Assembly (NCBI GenBank): GCA_951406725.2
Contig: OX597816.1
Location: 55,552,001 to 55,616,000, forward strand
Origin: Octopus vulgaris
Lineage: Eukaryota
Reading direction: 5' to 3'
Length of the DNA stretch: 64,000 nt
A program made the position numbers and the translations under genes. Below the pieces are notes generated by a model. That model saw only the letters and a program-made list of their open reading frames with translations. It was not told the DNA's origin and made no database searches. Numbering within the stretch: position 1 is the stretch's first letter; every line of letters begins with the position of its first letter. Positions 40,277 through 57,135 of the stretch are shown piece by piece.

Positions 40277-41653
40277 CATTATGTGTTCGTTTCTTTGTAT
40301 TTGGGTTGTGTGTGGTCCCACTAGAACTTGACAATATTTCATAGTTTATTTCCATCATCGTAACTTAGCGTCATCAGTGATGACGCCTTACTGCCCAGAA
40401 ACCCAGTTCTTTGTGAATCATGTAAAGCTAGAGATGGGAACGATGATTTCCCTTCTCAAATACTAATCAGGCACAGACAGTTTGTCATTAGCCACCTGGA
40501 TGAGATGTCTTCCTGGGGCTATAAACAACAGTAGCATTATCCTCTGCGGATCCGCCACACTTAGGTGACAAATATATTTCACAATTCCGTGTTACTCTTG
40601 TTTACATCTCGTCTAGAGATTTATTACTCACTGTCTGTCTGTCTCTGTCTCTGTCTGTGTTTGTGTCTCTCTCTCTCTCTCCACACACACACACATACAC
40701 TTATGTAGATTTCTCGTGTTCCTTTCTGTTGTTGAAGAGCGTAGGCATGAAACGTAACATACTTTCTCACCTTCCAGAGTATTAAACTATTACATGTTTT
40801 TATTTTGTTTACATAGCTGTCTTCGCCTTTTTTTTCTTTTTTGTAAACTTCAGCTATGTGTATGTTTCTATAGTTCCATATAGTGACAAGGGAATCAACC
40901 TCTCCACAGCAAGCGAGGGCATTAAATTGACACGCCATTTTCACATGAAATTAATGCCCATCGGAGATGCTACTCCATTCCTGGTGGCAAAGCTGAATTC
41001 CATTTGTCTAGTCAGTATTTATAGAATTTACCGTAGGAATCAATAGCTAATTCACCAAAATAGTAATGTGGAAATTATAAAATTTGAAACTAAAAAGGAA
41101 AAGGTTCACCGTCACAAAAAATGACTAAGGGAGCTAAGCAGCACCAGCATTGTGGGAAACAAGAGTAAAATATTCTTTAGCTACGAATAAACCATGATTC
41201 TATGTACTGAGAAGAGAGACAACCTCCCCACAATTGGCATGCCAATTTCCCATGAGATTAATGCCCTGGTGACGCTACTCCATTGCTGGTGGTGAAGATT
41301 CCACTTTTCAGTATATATAAGATTCTTTATTTATGCATTCAGGCTACCATAGGTTTTATGTTAAGAAAAATATATTAATATCTTAACAATCATCAAGCTG
41401 ATCACAGCAGAATGGAGTTCGTTTCCATTTTGGATGGAAGCACCACAATTTAAAAAAAAAAAATTCCCCTTCCAAATCTTGAAAATTTGCCTTGCAATGA
41501 AAGCCAACTGATTTATCATTTTTTTTCTTTTTTAATTTTTCATACACCCGTATTTATTAAAATTTACTATCAATTTAGCATTCTACCTTATTACAATTTT
41601 TCACCTCCTATCATTTCTCCACAGGCGGTTAACACAACCCCACTATTTACTGA

Positions 41654-41688
<35 letters not shown>

Positions 41689-42469
41689 ATATATATATAT
41701 ATATATATTATTCAATATAGGGTAGCAAAAAAATTCAGCAGAAATTATATATATATATATATACATACATACATACATACATACGTACATACATACGTGT
41801 GTGCGCCCGTGAATCATGAATGTTTGCGCATACCTGGTATGCGTTTGTTTGCAATGACTTGCGCACAACCATCTTTCTAGTATTCCTCCTACTCCACCCC
41901 ACCTCTTCCTTCACCTCATCATGATAACCATCATCATTATCATCGTCATCACCATCATCATCATCATCATCATCATCATTATTTTTTCTGCTACCCACAT
42001 ACCTTATATATCACCATCTGTACCACCGAAATCACAGTTAGCTGTAAACTATTTTCTGATTTCCTGCTGCTCCAGATATCTCATGCATACACCTGCTGTC
42101 AGTCTTCATGTGGCCTCTCCGCTCAATCATTGAGATAACCATTTGTTATCAATTCACAGCCTCGCTTCTGCTCGTCTCTATTACATCGACGCTGCTTAAC
42201 GTCAGCCAGAAGAAATGGTGTTTTCATAAAAAGTATTCTATCTTTTACGTGTTTCCAGTTATTTTAATGCGGCCATACTGGGGCACCGTCTTGAAGAATA
42301 TTAGTCAAGCGAATCGACACACTGTACTTATTGTTTTTCCTTTTATGCCTTATACTCATTCTATCGCTCACTTTTGCTGAACTGCTAAGTTACAGAGACC
42401 TAAACACATCCACACTAGTTGACAAATGGTGGTCACACACACACACCTATCTATCTATCTACCTATCTG

Positions 42470-42820
<351 letters not shown>

Positions 42821-42844
42821 TATCAATACATATATATATATATA

Positions 42845-42933
<89 letters not shown>

Positions 42934-42941
42934 GTATATAC

Positions 42942-42973
<32 letters not shown>

Positions 42974-43183
42974 GTCAATAATAAAAGGGTAAAATTAATT
43001 AATTATTAATTAATAATTTTACCAAGTAATGTTCAGTATGTAAAAAGACCATTTACGGTATATTTAAAACATTACGTTATATAATTGGGGTTCAGTAAAA
43101 TAATTTACTTTACCATACACCGAACATTTAGAAATAGCAGCCAAAAAATTTTAGCTATATACATATATATACATACATATATA

Positions 43184-44440
43184 CACTACCGTCAGAAATT
43201 AATTAGCACCCTTGATTTGCTCTTCACTCAAGGTATGTGCTGTCACCTAGTGGCCATATCTCGAACTATTGCTTTGTTGCGAGTTCACTGTTGCGCAGAA
43301 CGATGACGTAACTTTGTTTGCAGAGCGGTTTGAGAGTCTACAGCCTAATGATGTTGACATAGCAGTGCAACAACAACTTGGAGTGCGGATGCAGACAAAT
43401 CTTCCTTTGTTTAATAGATATAGGTAGCGCCTCGCAAGGACCGAAATCACACCGTACTAAGTTTTCTCATCGCGTAAGACGTTTTGAACAGCTTGTAGGT
43501 TAATTGATTTGTGTATTTGCAAGATTTTTTTCCTCACAAATTCTCCTACACTCTGCTTTGTGACGTCACTTCCGGTTCACAAAACTTTCTGTTATACATC
43601 AAATAAAGTGAGAAATTCTGCTTTCTTTCTTTTTTGTTTAATGAATAATAACTCATAGTAGTTTTGTTATAGCATAACATTATTCAAATGAATAGTTTTA
43701 ATGAAAATAACTGTTTTTTATCGTTCATTCCTAGATGGGCCCAAGGCCTCGCATGACCTTGGAGAGACGGTACGAGGCTCTCTCGTGGCGTGGGAAGCTG
43801 TCGGAGGCTGCAATAGCCAGAAAACTTGGTGTAGCCAGGCGCACAATTCAGTGCTTATTTAAGAAATACGAAGAAGCCGGATCAGTAGCTGACAAAAAGG
43901 GTAGGGGACAGAAGAGGCTGACGACCCAGCGGGAGGACCGGATGCTGATCCGAAAGTCGCTGAACAACCGAAGGGCAACGAGCCGGCAGCTTGCGGAGGA
44001 GATGCAAAAGGTGACAGGGAAGCAGTTGTCTACAACCACCGTCAAGACCAGATTACTGGAAGCTGGTCTAAAATCCTGTAGGGCCGCCCGTAAACCGCTC
44101 CTTACAGCCCAAAACCGGAAGAGTCGGCTGCTCTGGGCCCGTGCCCACAAGACATGGACCGTGCAGCAGTGGCGGGGTAAGATTTGTATTTAAACATTTT
44201 TGGCGATGGAGAATGAAGAATAACTGAACCGGTGTATAATTTTATACATGGCTAAGCATGAATAAGCAGCAAATGTAATTCACATAAAAAATATCTTCAA
44301 CACATCAGTATTTAAATTTCATTATCTATAATGAGATTAATTAAAATTAGCTTATTATTTTATTTGCCTGTGTCAATATATGAATGGAAATTTCCAAAGG
44401 TTGTTTAGGCTCCGCAAAAGCAATATATTCAACAATTTAT
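43184..44440 (+). mobile_element. Tc1 transposon, 5' part (left TIR plus DNA-binding-domain exon), 3' truncated
   Basis: TA|CACTACCGTCAGAAATTAATTAGCACCC TIR-like end, then the transposase N-terminus. No DDE domain or right TIR found. Confidence 0.85.
43735..44176 (+). CDS. Tc1 transposase N-terminal paired-like HTH DNA-binding region; intact frame, probably an exon
   Basis: IARKLGVARRTIQ..KKYEEAGSVADK.GRGQKRLTT.REDR.L...ARKPLLT..NRKSRL.WARAHKTWTVQQWR. Preceded by ttcctag|ATG and followed by GTAAGA. Confidence 0.8.
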
Positions 44441-44522
44441 ATATATATATAGCATCAATGTGTTATATTATGTTCTTAATTTAATCGATTCCAAATGTTT
44501 GCTTCATATCAAGTATAATCTT

Positions 44523-45724
<1,202 letters not shown>

Positions 45725-47169
45725 GTATGATCTTTATGTCTTTCCACAAGTCGTAATTATCATCATATCCAGACCATTGTGGATTTCCTAATTTCATTTA
45801 AAATTTAAGGAACAAAGAGGTGAGATATGAATTCATATTAATACGGTTGCTTTCGTCTTTCTCAGCGATTATAAAATTCGTTAAGGTTGCAATATCTATG
45901 TACCTTATCGTACAATGAGTCTCACACAGAAGAGGGGTGTCACAACTTTACTTAGGTATATATTTCACAACGGGGGAAACGCATGGTTTTAAGTATATCC
46001 ACCATAGTACATAAACAGCTTATCGTGCAACTTGGAAAAGTCACTATTAAAATCCAAATACAAAATGTTTGATATTTGGATGCTACTGAATGTACACTGC
46101 TTTCGTTTCTTATTTTAAAATATATACCATTATGTTGTCTACTTTATATGCATTAAAACTTCAGATATTCTGTGATTTATTAAAATCTAAATATAAAGCG
46201 GTTTTCTGTCGAATTTGTCTACTCTATTTTTAGATCTGTTAAATCCCATCTGATGTTCTTCCTCACCTTCTCTGTCATATTTCTTCTCTGACTGCATCGA
46301 CTTTTTTACGAATGCAAATATTATATTATGTGTTAGATCTGCGAACAGTTTGTCCATTCCCCCATGTATTCTACTCGCGTATTTATTGACAGTGGTTATT
46401 TACATTATATTCGTAACACATACTTAAATGTTTATAAGGTCCTAACTTATATTTCTCTGTGCAGGAATGCAAAACCAGTTTTTCGACTTACCATTATTCT
46501 TCGTAGCGAACCTATTCCCGATTTATTTATATATTCGAATAATTTCTCCAGTCTCCGTTTCCTCCACCAAATCTCCATACTGGAGTTCATTAAGAGGTTA
46601 CTTTTATAGTGCTGAACTTAACTTTCTGTTCAGAAATTGAGATGCTGAATTGTATCATCACCATTATAGTGTGGATGGCTGTTGCAGAGGAATATACATA
46701 AATAATTTTAGGAAGAAATAATACTCATATTCTGTTGTGTCTGGGGAGAGTCATTCTCTTTTAGTGCCTTATTATTTAACACACTCACCGGTAAAATTTC
46801 CACTTATTTCTTATTTTTATTTTCTAAAATTTTCGTTGCGTCTTGCAACCTTTTCAATAGTTTTGACTCTGTCCGTTTTTACACTGCGTTCCCTTTTGTT
46901 TGTTGTGCGCATGTGTATGGGTCAGTGTGTATGTGTGTGCCTATACATGCATACATGTACGTGTGTATGTGTGTGTTTGCATGTGTATGTATGTATATAT
47001 GTGTGTGTATGCATATGTATGTATGTGTGTGCATCTGTATGTACGTATCCTGCATATTTATGTGCTTGCCTGTCCGTGTTTGTGCATTTTCTATGTATGT
47101 GTGTGTGAGCATGTGTTTGTATATGTATGCACCTCTGTCTCCTTGTGTATGCATATCTGTGTGTGTATA

Positions 47170-47253
47170 TATATTCGTCCTTCACTTCTTTATTATTGTC
47201 CCGACAATGGACATAAAATATGAACAATAATAAACAAGTGAAGAACGAATATA
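47170..47253. repeat. Hairpin with ~32-bp arms and ~20-nt loop
   Basis: tatattcgtccttcacttctttattattgtcc / gaacaataataaacaagtgaagaacgaatata, three mismatches. Confidence 0.85.
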
Positions 47254-48881
47254 GAGTGGGTGTGTTTATTTGGCAAGAAAAAAAGATGACCATCCCGCAA
47301 TATAACAATATCTGTTTCAATACACGATTTCATATCAAGAACCTTGCAATGCAAATTCATACACTGAGATAGAATAACAGAAATGAGAAATCGTCATGTT
47401 TGATATGGTGGTAACTGAATGTCATGCTCTCGAATTGGCAGAACTTATCTGGTGTTAGATGAAATGTCACGTGGTAATTCCAGTACTGACTCTGCGCCCT
47501 GAGTTCAAATCCAAGACACTATTCTTAGCTTTCACCATTTTGGTTTCGATAACAAATATTAATTAAATGGAACTGACTTGACAGAAGTTTTGTAGAGTAG
47601 GGCTAGATGCTTCGCAAACCCTCTTCCGTTTCTTTGAGCTCTGAGAGCAATATTTGCCACGACACCGCTGCCAAGTTGAATCAGTCGTGTCTATGGTCTT
47701 TCTCTGGTATAAATACAGATGCCGAGAGGAGAACAGGCATGCCTGCTGCCTATGCAACCGTTTCATCTTGCTCGAAAACTAACCTCTTCAAGCTTCTACT
47801 TATATGTGCAACTGCATAGAAAATAATGACCGGCTTTAATATGTGTGATTTTAAGGGAGATTTCCCGGCTATTTTACCAGATCTTGCAGGCACCGAGAAG
47901 CTTTCTCATTCGACTTGAATGGTGACATTTTAAACAATACAGCAACTAAATACTTGTCACACAATTTTCAGTGCAAGGAAATCACGTTCCAGATGCTTGC
48001 AATTTGAATTTTCTTTTTCAGAGGAATCTTATTCGATGCGGTACAGTTTTGCACTTTTAAAGATTACATAGTTACATGGTATCCATTACGTCGGAAGCAA
48101 AATTATGCTTATAGTTTCCAATGATGGAAGAGACCATTTCTTCGTAACAATCTTTGATAAAGTTCCTGCTCTAGTTATTTGTATGAAATGTGTCGACTAA
48201 AGGAGGTGTTACTGTTGTTGTTTAGACGCAGATCTTTGATCAACGACGTACCCTAAGTGACCATTCCATCTCTTTTGTCTGGCAGTGTGCATCCAAATAT
48301 TAAATTATTCAATAGCCCTATATATTTCAAGATTAAGCGACCACATGAAACGTCACTTGATGGTTCTTCGAATTGATGGTAGCTATATTGGTCATTGGCT
48401 ACACAATGCGCCGTGAACAACATAGTTAAGAGTGTAGAAAGAGTACAGCTGATTGTAATACAGTCTACCATTGTGTGGAAATTTAGTGTCGTGTTATTCG
48501 TTTTCGCAAAAAGGACGGAGTCATCGGACAGAATTAAGAAAATGGTATAATTTGTTTACAACATAAAGCACCTGCTGGCGTAGATCAACTAGATCGACAC
48601 GATCTTTGTCTGATCAAGCAAATAATATGACACAGAAGATTGGATAAACATGTGGAAGGAAGTTTTATTCATATAAAATCTAAAACATATCGATTTTTGA
48701 CAGGTTGTTCTTTAAGAACTCTGTTATTTTTTTTCCCAGCAAATCTTTACCAGACGCTGCATACCTATCTAGTGTAATGAATGAAGGTATAAAGACCGGA
48801 TCGAACTCTCTCTGAGTCAATATTGTGCATTTTGTAATGTCCATGTTCTGCAAATGTATAACATATACATGTGTGTGTGTG

Positions 48882-48935
<54 letters not shown>

Positions 48936-49096
48936 ATTGGAGCTTTCGTTCGTTAACCGAACTCTTCAAGTAAAAATTAAAACCCAAAATTAAAACCAAA
49001 AGAGTTCTGATAAAGAACAAAAGCGCTAATAAGGAATCAACCAACATTCTGATTGCCTCCTTTTTCTCAATACACAATATCTGTACACCAATTTAA

Positions 49097-49135
<39 letters not shown>

Positions 49136-49306
49136 CTCGGATGCGAAGATCTATTTCAATGGCAATAATAGTTCAAATTCACCACTATATATAGTTTTTC
49201 GGTTTCTATTTCCCGTGGATCCTTCGTCTAAAGTCTAACAACTCAAATGATTTAAATTAAAGGAAAATATGTTTGTGCGTATTTAACAAGCAGGACTATC
49301 TATCCC

Positions 49307-49375
<69 letters not shown>

Positions 49376-50091
49376 TTGTCTAAATAGTGTTAGACACACA
49401 GACAGAGATACATACATACATACATACATACATACATACATACATACATACATACATACATACATACATACATACATACATACATACATACATACATACA
49501 TACATACATACATACATAACTACATACATACATGCATATATGCATGCATGCATATATGCATGCATGCATCTAAAAAAAAATAATCTGGCGTTCCGTTGCT
49601 TACAACGATAAGGATTCGATCAACGGAATACAGAAAATACCATTGAAAAACTTTCTCATGACCTCTGTCTATTTTAAATCATTGTAGTAGTATTTGATGT
49701 AACAAAAAAAAGGTGGGACTACTACATACTTGACATCGTCCAATTCATAGTTGCTACGCTAATAGTAACAATACATAGCAGAGGATTTTTGCTGTTAAAT
49801 TGCACCAATAACAATTCTGTAGTGCTGACGTGATTTTATTGTTAAATTTAGTATTTTCTGTAACTTTTGGTTAGTTACTATAAAAGTATTCCATAATATT
49901 TGCAAATATCTGATATAAAGTCAGTTGAAGAATTATTTTCTGGCAGAAGTATTACTAACTACTGTTTTATGCACAGGCTTCACCGTTTTAGACAATAGCG
50001 AGGGATGTTACATCGTATGCGATACTAGATTTAACACGGTATTTTAGCATTATAAATACACACACACACTCATATACATATGTATGTATAC

Positions 50092-50130
<39 letters not shown>

Positions 50131-50205
50131 CGTATGTATATATATATATATTCATATGTATATATATATGAATATATATATATTTATATATGTATATATA
50201 TATAT

Positions 50206-50436
50206 ATTTCTTTACTACCCACAAGGGGATAAACACGGAGGGGACAAACAAGGACAGACAAAGGGATTAAGTCGATTACATCGACCCCAGTGCGTAACTG
50301 GTACTTAATTTATCGACCCCGAAAGGATGAAAGGTAAAGTCGACCTCGGCGGAATTTGAACTCGGAACGTAACGACAGACGAAATACGGCTACGAATTTC
50401 GTCCGGCGTGCTAACGTTTCTACCAGCACGCCGCCG
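50206..50436 (-). mobile_element. tRNA-derived SINE, family A
   Basis: Reverse complement is collinear with the copies at 8295 and 34264. Confidence 0.85.
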
Positions 50437-50477
50437 ATTTATATACACATATAAATATACACATATATGTATATATA

Positions 50478-50519
<42 letters not shown>

Positions 50520-50577
50520 GATATTAGGAAATAATTTTATAGTAACTAACCAACAACTACACAAAATACTAAACTTG

Positions 50578-50616
<39 letters not shown>

Positions 50617-50619
50617 TAA

Positions 50620-50717
<98 letters not shown>

Positions 50718-50721
50718 GTAC

Positions 50722-51705
50722 TGGGACCGTATTAACGAAAAAGTTTGTACGCGTAAACTAGATTATCTTCTCTATAATCTTATTTAACGTAGCTGAATCG
50801 TCTGAAACGTCTACATGCCCGAATTAAATTGCTTCTGATTGATATTACTTAGACTATATCAGCTTCCAAATAATCTTTGGTGTTATGGAGGTGTTGATTG
50901 ACAACAGCGTTACATACATAACTGTTCAATGGATTGAAAACTCATGTATTTGGAGGCCAAATGTTAGAGTTTGTGCGGTCATGAAAATTCTTGACTTGCT
51001 TGAGCCGAGTTAACTCTAAACATTGTGGAAAGTAATGAAGAGGCAACACTTGTCCGCCATTAGTGCCACCTCCAAACGTCACGGCACTTGCAGGAAATGT
51101 TGTGTGCATGACTGTCGGAACTTCAGAAGGGTCTCAACATAACTACGTATCGAATCGTCTGATCTTGATAAATATTTTTTCTTGTCTGACAAATAGAAAG
51201 CATGTTATGATCGTCTGGGTTTTTAACTTTGTTTAATAAACTTTTAGATCTGATCAAACGGTGTTCCCTTGCATTTTCTGAATTGAATTTACCTCTCCTT
51301 GTTCCGATTATCGTCGTGGACAACATGTCTTATTGTCTCTTCTGACACATTCAGATCTTTTGTAATTGACGTCATGGAATTTGTGGAATTTCCTTCTGCT
51401 GAAAATTTTAAAAATAAATTCGGGTGTTCTGATGGTACCAGAGCGTGAGAATTCCTTTTGCCTTTCGATACTAGAAATACCTTTCCGCCTGAACTTCTAT
51501 AATCCTTAGAAAGCTTGTAGACGAAGGATCTGGCGACTTTCAAAAACTGGGCCAGCATCTACGGCCACAATTACAGCACACTTCTTTATTTCTTGAGTAA
51601 ACTGAGAATGTGTTAATATTATTGTAAGTAATATAAATTAAATAAAGGTAATTAAAAAGCAGTAATAACGAAAACAATGTTATGTTCTAAATATCCTTCG
51701 CACGC
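50722..51705 (-). mobile_element. Tc1/mariner-superfamily transposon remnant
   Basis: HTH-like LAQFLKVARSFVYK and SMTSITKDLNVSEETIRHVVHDD. Downstream WPPNT*VFNPLNSYV (WPPxSPDxNPLDY). Confidence 0.75.
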
Positions 51706-51789
51706 TATATATGTATATATAGCTCGACTAAAGGCGGTACTACAGCATGGCCACAATCACATAACTGAAACAAGTAAAAGAGTTAAAGA

Positions 51790-51829
<40 letters not shown>

Positions 51830-52323
51830 TTATATATAATTTCAACTATATATATATATATATGTAAAGAAATACAAACTGGGACAAGTACGCAAAACAT
51901 TTAAAAGACGATACAAAAAACACGGACGGGACATTCGAAGCCTTCAATCTTCAGTCAAGAACCGGATCATCTTCGCAATTTCGGCTGATTAATCTTGAGA
52001 TTGCTCCAATCTGGCCAACCCCAAGGAAAATCTAAGCTAAGCGCATTAGATTCCTTGGAAGAAAGCTTCGAATGTATACAAAACAAAGACGGAAAAACGG
52101 ACGATGTTACACGAATATGAATACAAAAATACGTAAAAACAATAATGATCATAATAACAAAAGCAGGACGTCACAAAGAGGTGTCTTTCGACAGGACGAG
52201 TAAACTTGAGCTGGTGCGTTAGGAATGTGCCTTAGGGCAGAGAGAAAAAAAATGTGTGTTGCTGCGATGACTGCTAGACCCAAAAGACCAGCAGTCGGTC
52301 AGTCAGTCACGTCTGAGGAGAAG

Positions 52324-52375
<52 letters not shown>

Positions 52376-53749
52376 TTGAGAGAGAGAGATAGTTGAAAGT
52401 TACAGAAAGACAAAAAACGAAGACAAATGTATGAACAACAAGTAGGTGTATTAGTTTGACGATAGATAATGTGAGAAAGTCTTTTACGTTTCGAGCCTAA
52501 GCTCTTCAACAGAAAGGAATAAGGGAAAATAAACAGAGAGAGAATGAAAATAACTTGTGGATTCCAGAACTGGGAATGGTGGAGAAGAGCATACGTATAG
52601 CCATTTATAAGAACCCCGAATAAAGTTAATAAAATGTGACCCTGGACTGTACACCGACCCCGATTTCAGTGGACTTTGCTAAATGTCTTCTGAACTCTAT
52701 AACTTTTTTTTTTTTTTAAACTGAGCAACGTATCTATTGCAGGACTTGAACTCAGAACACAAACTTTCGAAACAAATATCACAAGGTCTACGGACCGATG
52801 TTCCAATTACTCTGCCAAGACGATTCTTTCCATTTATTTTACATTATTTTGGGGAGTTTGTTGATATTGTTGATATTTAACACAATGTCAAACCTGTTCG
52901 TGTCACTTTCCATCAAATATATACCAACCGTGACATTCCCAATTCAATCAGAAACAGAATTATATTATGCAGTCTCATTTTAGAATTTTAAAGCGACAGC
53001 TTTGCAACAACAACTCTTTAGATTATTACTACTTGGTTCTTAACTTTGGTGTATGTTTCTTAAATCGCCTCTTAATATCAGTATATGGTGATAGGGTGGT
53101 CACATCTGTTGATGATAGCAAGTGCTAATACTTCTCCAAATATAGGTCAACATATCTCCTGACAACAGCATATAGAGTAACATCGCTTTTAATAATTTAT
53201 TGTATAATATCCTTCACAGCGTTTCTTTTATAACCGCCGGTATTTTATCAGCTTCTTTTGTTAATTTAATTATAAATTCTATAATGGCCCCTGAGATATT
53301 CTGCAGCTAGTTCTTAAAAAATGTACGCCTTTGTAATTATATTCTAATTGGCTGTTAATCACTAATTTTGTAATGGTGAAAATATTGTATTCAACTTCAG
53401 TGGTCATGATTATTTTCGAAAACCCTTTCCTTCTACGCCATTTTGCTTTCATCTACTCCATCAATTATTTTTATGAATTTCATCTCATCCTAATTTTTGT
53501 ATCTTGTATTTTATTTATTTGAGATTCATATTAAGGTTTCCTATTATATTACTCTATCATTTACCATTGCTTCAGGTGGGTTTTGTTTTCCCCGCATTTC
53601 TTTCTAAATCTTTACAATAAGTCAACGTTTCTTCCAGTTTCGTTTTCGTTAAATTTAATACAAGCTCCGACATTCATAATTTATAACTTGTGATTCAGCT
53701 TAGATTGCCACACACACACACATTTATATATACATATATGAGTTATATA

Positions 53750-53783
<34 letters not shown>

Positions 53784-53891
53784 CATATATATATATCATT
53801 TATTTCACCTTCATCCATGGCACTTATAGTTCTTCCTTTAGTGCTCGAATTTCTTTTTCATTTTCTTATTTACGTTGAAGGAAATATTCAT

Positions 53892-54101
53892 AATGCGGTG
53901 CGCTGACAATTGTTAGCGCTCCTGACTAGACGCTAAGCGGCATTTCGTCCGTTCTGATTTCAAATTCCGCTCTAGTTAACTTCTGCCTTTCATCTTTCCT
54001 GGGTCGATAAAATAAGTACCAGTTGAGTAGTTATCGACGATGATATAGAAGTACACCCTTCATCGAAATTGTTGGCCTTGTGCCAAAATTTGAAACCAAT
54101 T
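53892..54101 (+). mobile_element. Diverged SINE, family A head and core with a different tail
   Basis: TTCAAATTCCGC...GCCTTTCATCTTTCCTGGGTCGATAAAATAAGTACCAG. A second truncated head at ~54116-54150. Confidence 0.7.
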
Positions 54102-55971
54102 CTACGATACATATAATGCGGCGAGCTGGCAATATCGTGAGCTTGTCGGACAAAAAAAAAATCAATATTTCATTAACTTAATTATATGAAATTTCATTGC
54201 AAATTTTCATTTAACTCTCCAAACGTATTGGTCGAAATGTTAGGTAAAAATTTGGATAAAATGTGCTACGCCTCTTCACATTTAAAGTTCAAATCAATCC
54301 CTGAACATACATCTCGTAAGCCCCAGGATTGTTAATGTGTTAAAATAAAACATGTAGTGAATATTGATTAGACCATCCCGGATTCAATGCAATCAATTAT
54401 TATCTCAAATGTTAATGTGATTCTAACTGAAAACTTATCGCTGTTCTTTATATATTACTATATGACTCCCAGAAGTTAATGTGGCAATAGTTCCCCTCAG
54501 TGCCCATATATGGTCAATAAATACTTGTCTGATGGAACCAGTTCTCTCCGAGTGTTTATAAAAATAACTCAACTCACCATTCAACTCTGTGGTAGAATCA
54601 AATGGACTTTCGTTTTGATGCATAAAATATTTATCTATTTTTGTTAATTCGAATTATTAACAATTTTTTATTAACATTTTATGTATGTGTTTTACAATTA
54701 TAATCCACTTGTGTATGGCATAAAATTGCAATACAATTTGCTTAATTGTACTCTGGAAGTTTTACTTTGGCTTCAGATAATGCAGTAATAAAAATACTTG
54801 TTTAGATTTCGTCCGTTTGTTAATGGATTTTCATGCAATTTGTCTGTTTTAGACTATTTTTAGTGGTCAATTTCATCGTTTGGCGTTATCCATGATTCCA
54901 TTCTGACGTTCACTTTCCATTATTTAGTGACTCGTAAATGACGAGCTAAAAATTATGCCGTTCTTCTTTAATCCCCATGTCAGCTTTAATTCAGTAAAAA
55001 TATGATCAAACGCGTTCCAGTCGTGACCATAGCATGGGATTTTTTAGAAATAATTTACCTAACAAACCCCTGTTTAAATCGTAGATTATGGATACGAATG
55101 CTTCACTATTTACCTTATTTTTCAGTCCAATTTGTGGTTCTTAGCTAGTTATATGCTCTCAGGTATTTCTCGGTGAACTATTACACATAAACTCACTCAT
55201 ATTCACATATATACATGCTCACACATTTATCGACATAATCACACATACACACATATATTAATATATATACACAAATTTAGTCGCTGGCGTGGCACCTTGT
55301 GCAAGTATTTCTACTATGTTGCTGGGCCGACCAAAGCCTTGTGTGTGGATGTGAGGATGTGATAGACGGAAACTAAAGGAAACCCGTCCTACATGTGTGT
55401 ATTATGTATGTATGTATGTATGTATGTATGTATGTATGTATGTATGTATGTATGTATGTACGTATATGTGTATGAGTGGGTGTATATGTGTTTTGTTCCC
55501 CACTTGGTAACCAGTGTTCGTGTGGTGGCGGTTCGGTAATAGTGATTGATGGAATAAGTACTGGGAATCGATTGGTTCGCCTGACAGTCTTCAAGGCGGC
55601 GGCCCAGCATGGTAGCATTGTGTCGACTGAAACAAGGAAAGTAATAAAAGAACATGTACTCATGTACTCTTAGTATCTTATTTCGACTCGAACTTTCTTT
55701 CTGGGATGTCTTACTCTTCTCTTAACTAGTGCATCACGTGACAATGTTCACTGGTAATTAATATTAATATTCATCTTGATAGATTTTTCTCTTTCAACTG
55801 TCAGCTTCAATTCCACCACATCACATTGCTGCACACTCAAAATGAGTAAACTTTCAATTCCTGCAATTCTTATTATTATTTCAATATTCTTAAGAACCAT
55901 TATTATTAAATTGGAATTAAAATGATAAACATATTAGCTAACCCTATTTTTACCATTTTTTCATGTTTGGT

Positions 55972-56142
55972 TCATCATCATCACCATCGCCATCATCATC
56001 ATTGTCGTCGTCGTCATCATCATCATCATCATCATCTTCTTCTTCTTCTTCTTCTTCTTCTTCTTCTTCTTCTTCTTCTTCTTCTTCTTCTTCTTCTTCT
56101 TCTTCTTCTTCTTCTTCTTCTTCTTCTTCTTCTTCTTCTTCT

Positions 56143-56189
<47 letters not shown>

Positions 56190-56302
56190 TTCTTCTTCTT
56201 TTTCTTCCTCTTTTTCTTCTTCTTCTCTTTATCATGTGTATCAATACCAGAAGTAGCACGAGCGGCATCAGCAGAGGCGGTGGCCGCAGCAGCAGCATCA
56301 GC

Positions 56303-56334
<32 letters not shown>

Positions 56335-56380
56335 CAGTAGAGTAGTTGCTGTTGTTATTATTGTTGTTGTTGTTGTTGTC
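55972..56380. repeat. Compound (CAT)n/(CTT)n/(AGT)n/(GTT)n microsatellite
   Basis: Long, nearly pure (CTT)n at ~56035-56200. Confidence 0.95.
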
Positions 56381-56911
56381 GCTATTGATGTAAGGGGAGG
56401 AGCAGAATTGTTTTTGTTTGGGACGGACGGATTTATTTCCATACCGCTTTCAGAGTGTTTTGATTATTAGGAAGAATTAATCTTTAACTCTGTTGCATCT
56501 TGCAAACAGGGACAAGTTTAAATATTTTATTTTGCTGAAAGGATTTTTGCTGTGATTACATTTGTATTCGAACTAGCTTTTTGCTAAGAAAAGGTTAAGA
56601 GGAAAGTGAGTTGGACTGCATGCAAACACAAAAGAAAAAAGTTGAAAAGAGAACCAGGACAAATAAAACAGGGAGAGAGTAGCATTTGGACTCCTGAACA
56701 CGGACATTTGAAAGACAGAAGAACATTAGCAGCAAAACCACAATACATACTTATCGATATAAAAGAATACACGAAACAACAATTCCTTCGGTGAACGTGA
56801 ATCGGAATGATAGAGAGGAATGATACAGAGGATGACTTCACGGACTCTCCCTGTCTGCGTGATGTGGAATATCGTTGAACAATCCTTCGGTTCATTATTT
56901 TTATTATTTAC

Positions 56912-57055
56912 ACTATTTACATTTGACGGATATTTGTCCTCATCTTGTTTGTTGTTAACACAACGTTACGGCTAATATACCCTCCAGCCATCGTCAGGTG
57001 CCTTGAGGAAATTTCAAACCTGGGTTCTCATTCCTAAGGTATATTTTCGATGCTA

Positions 57056-57135
<80 letters not shown>

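Noticed and set aside
55922-56470. Poly-H/L/S/R ORFs
   Set aside because: Compound trinucleotide microsatellite with no splice or domain evidence.
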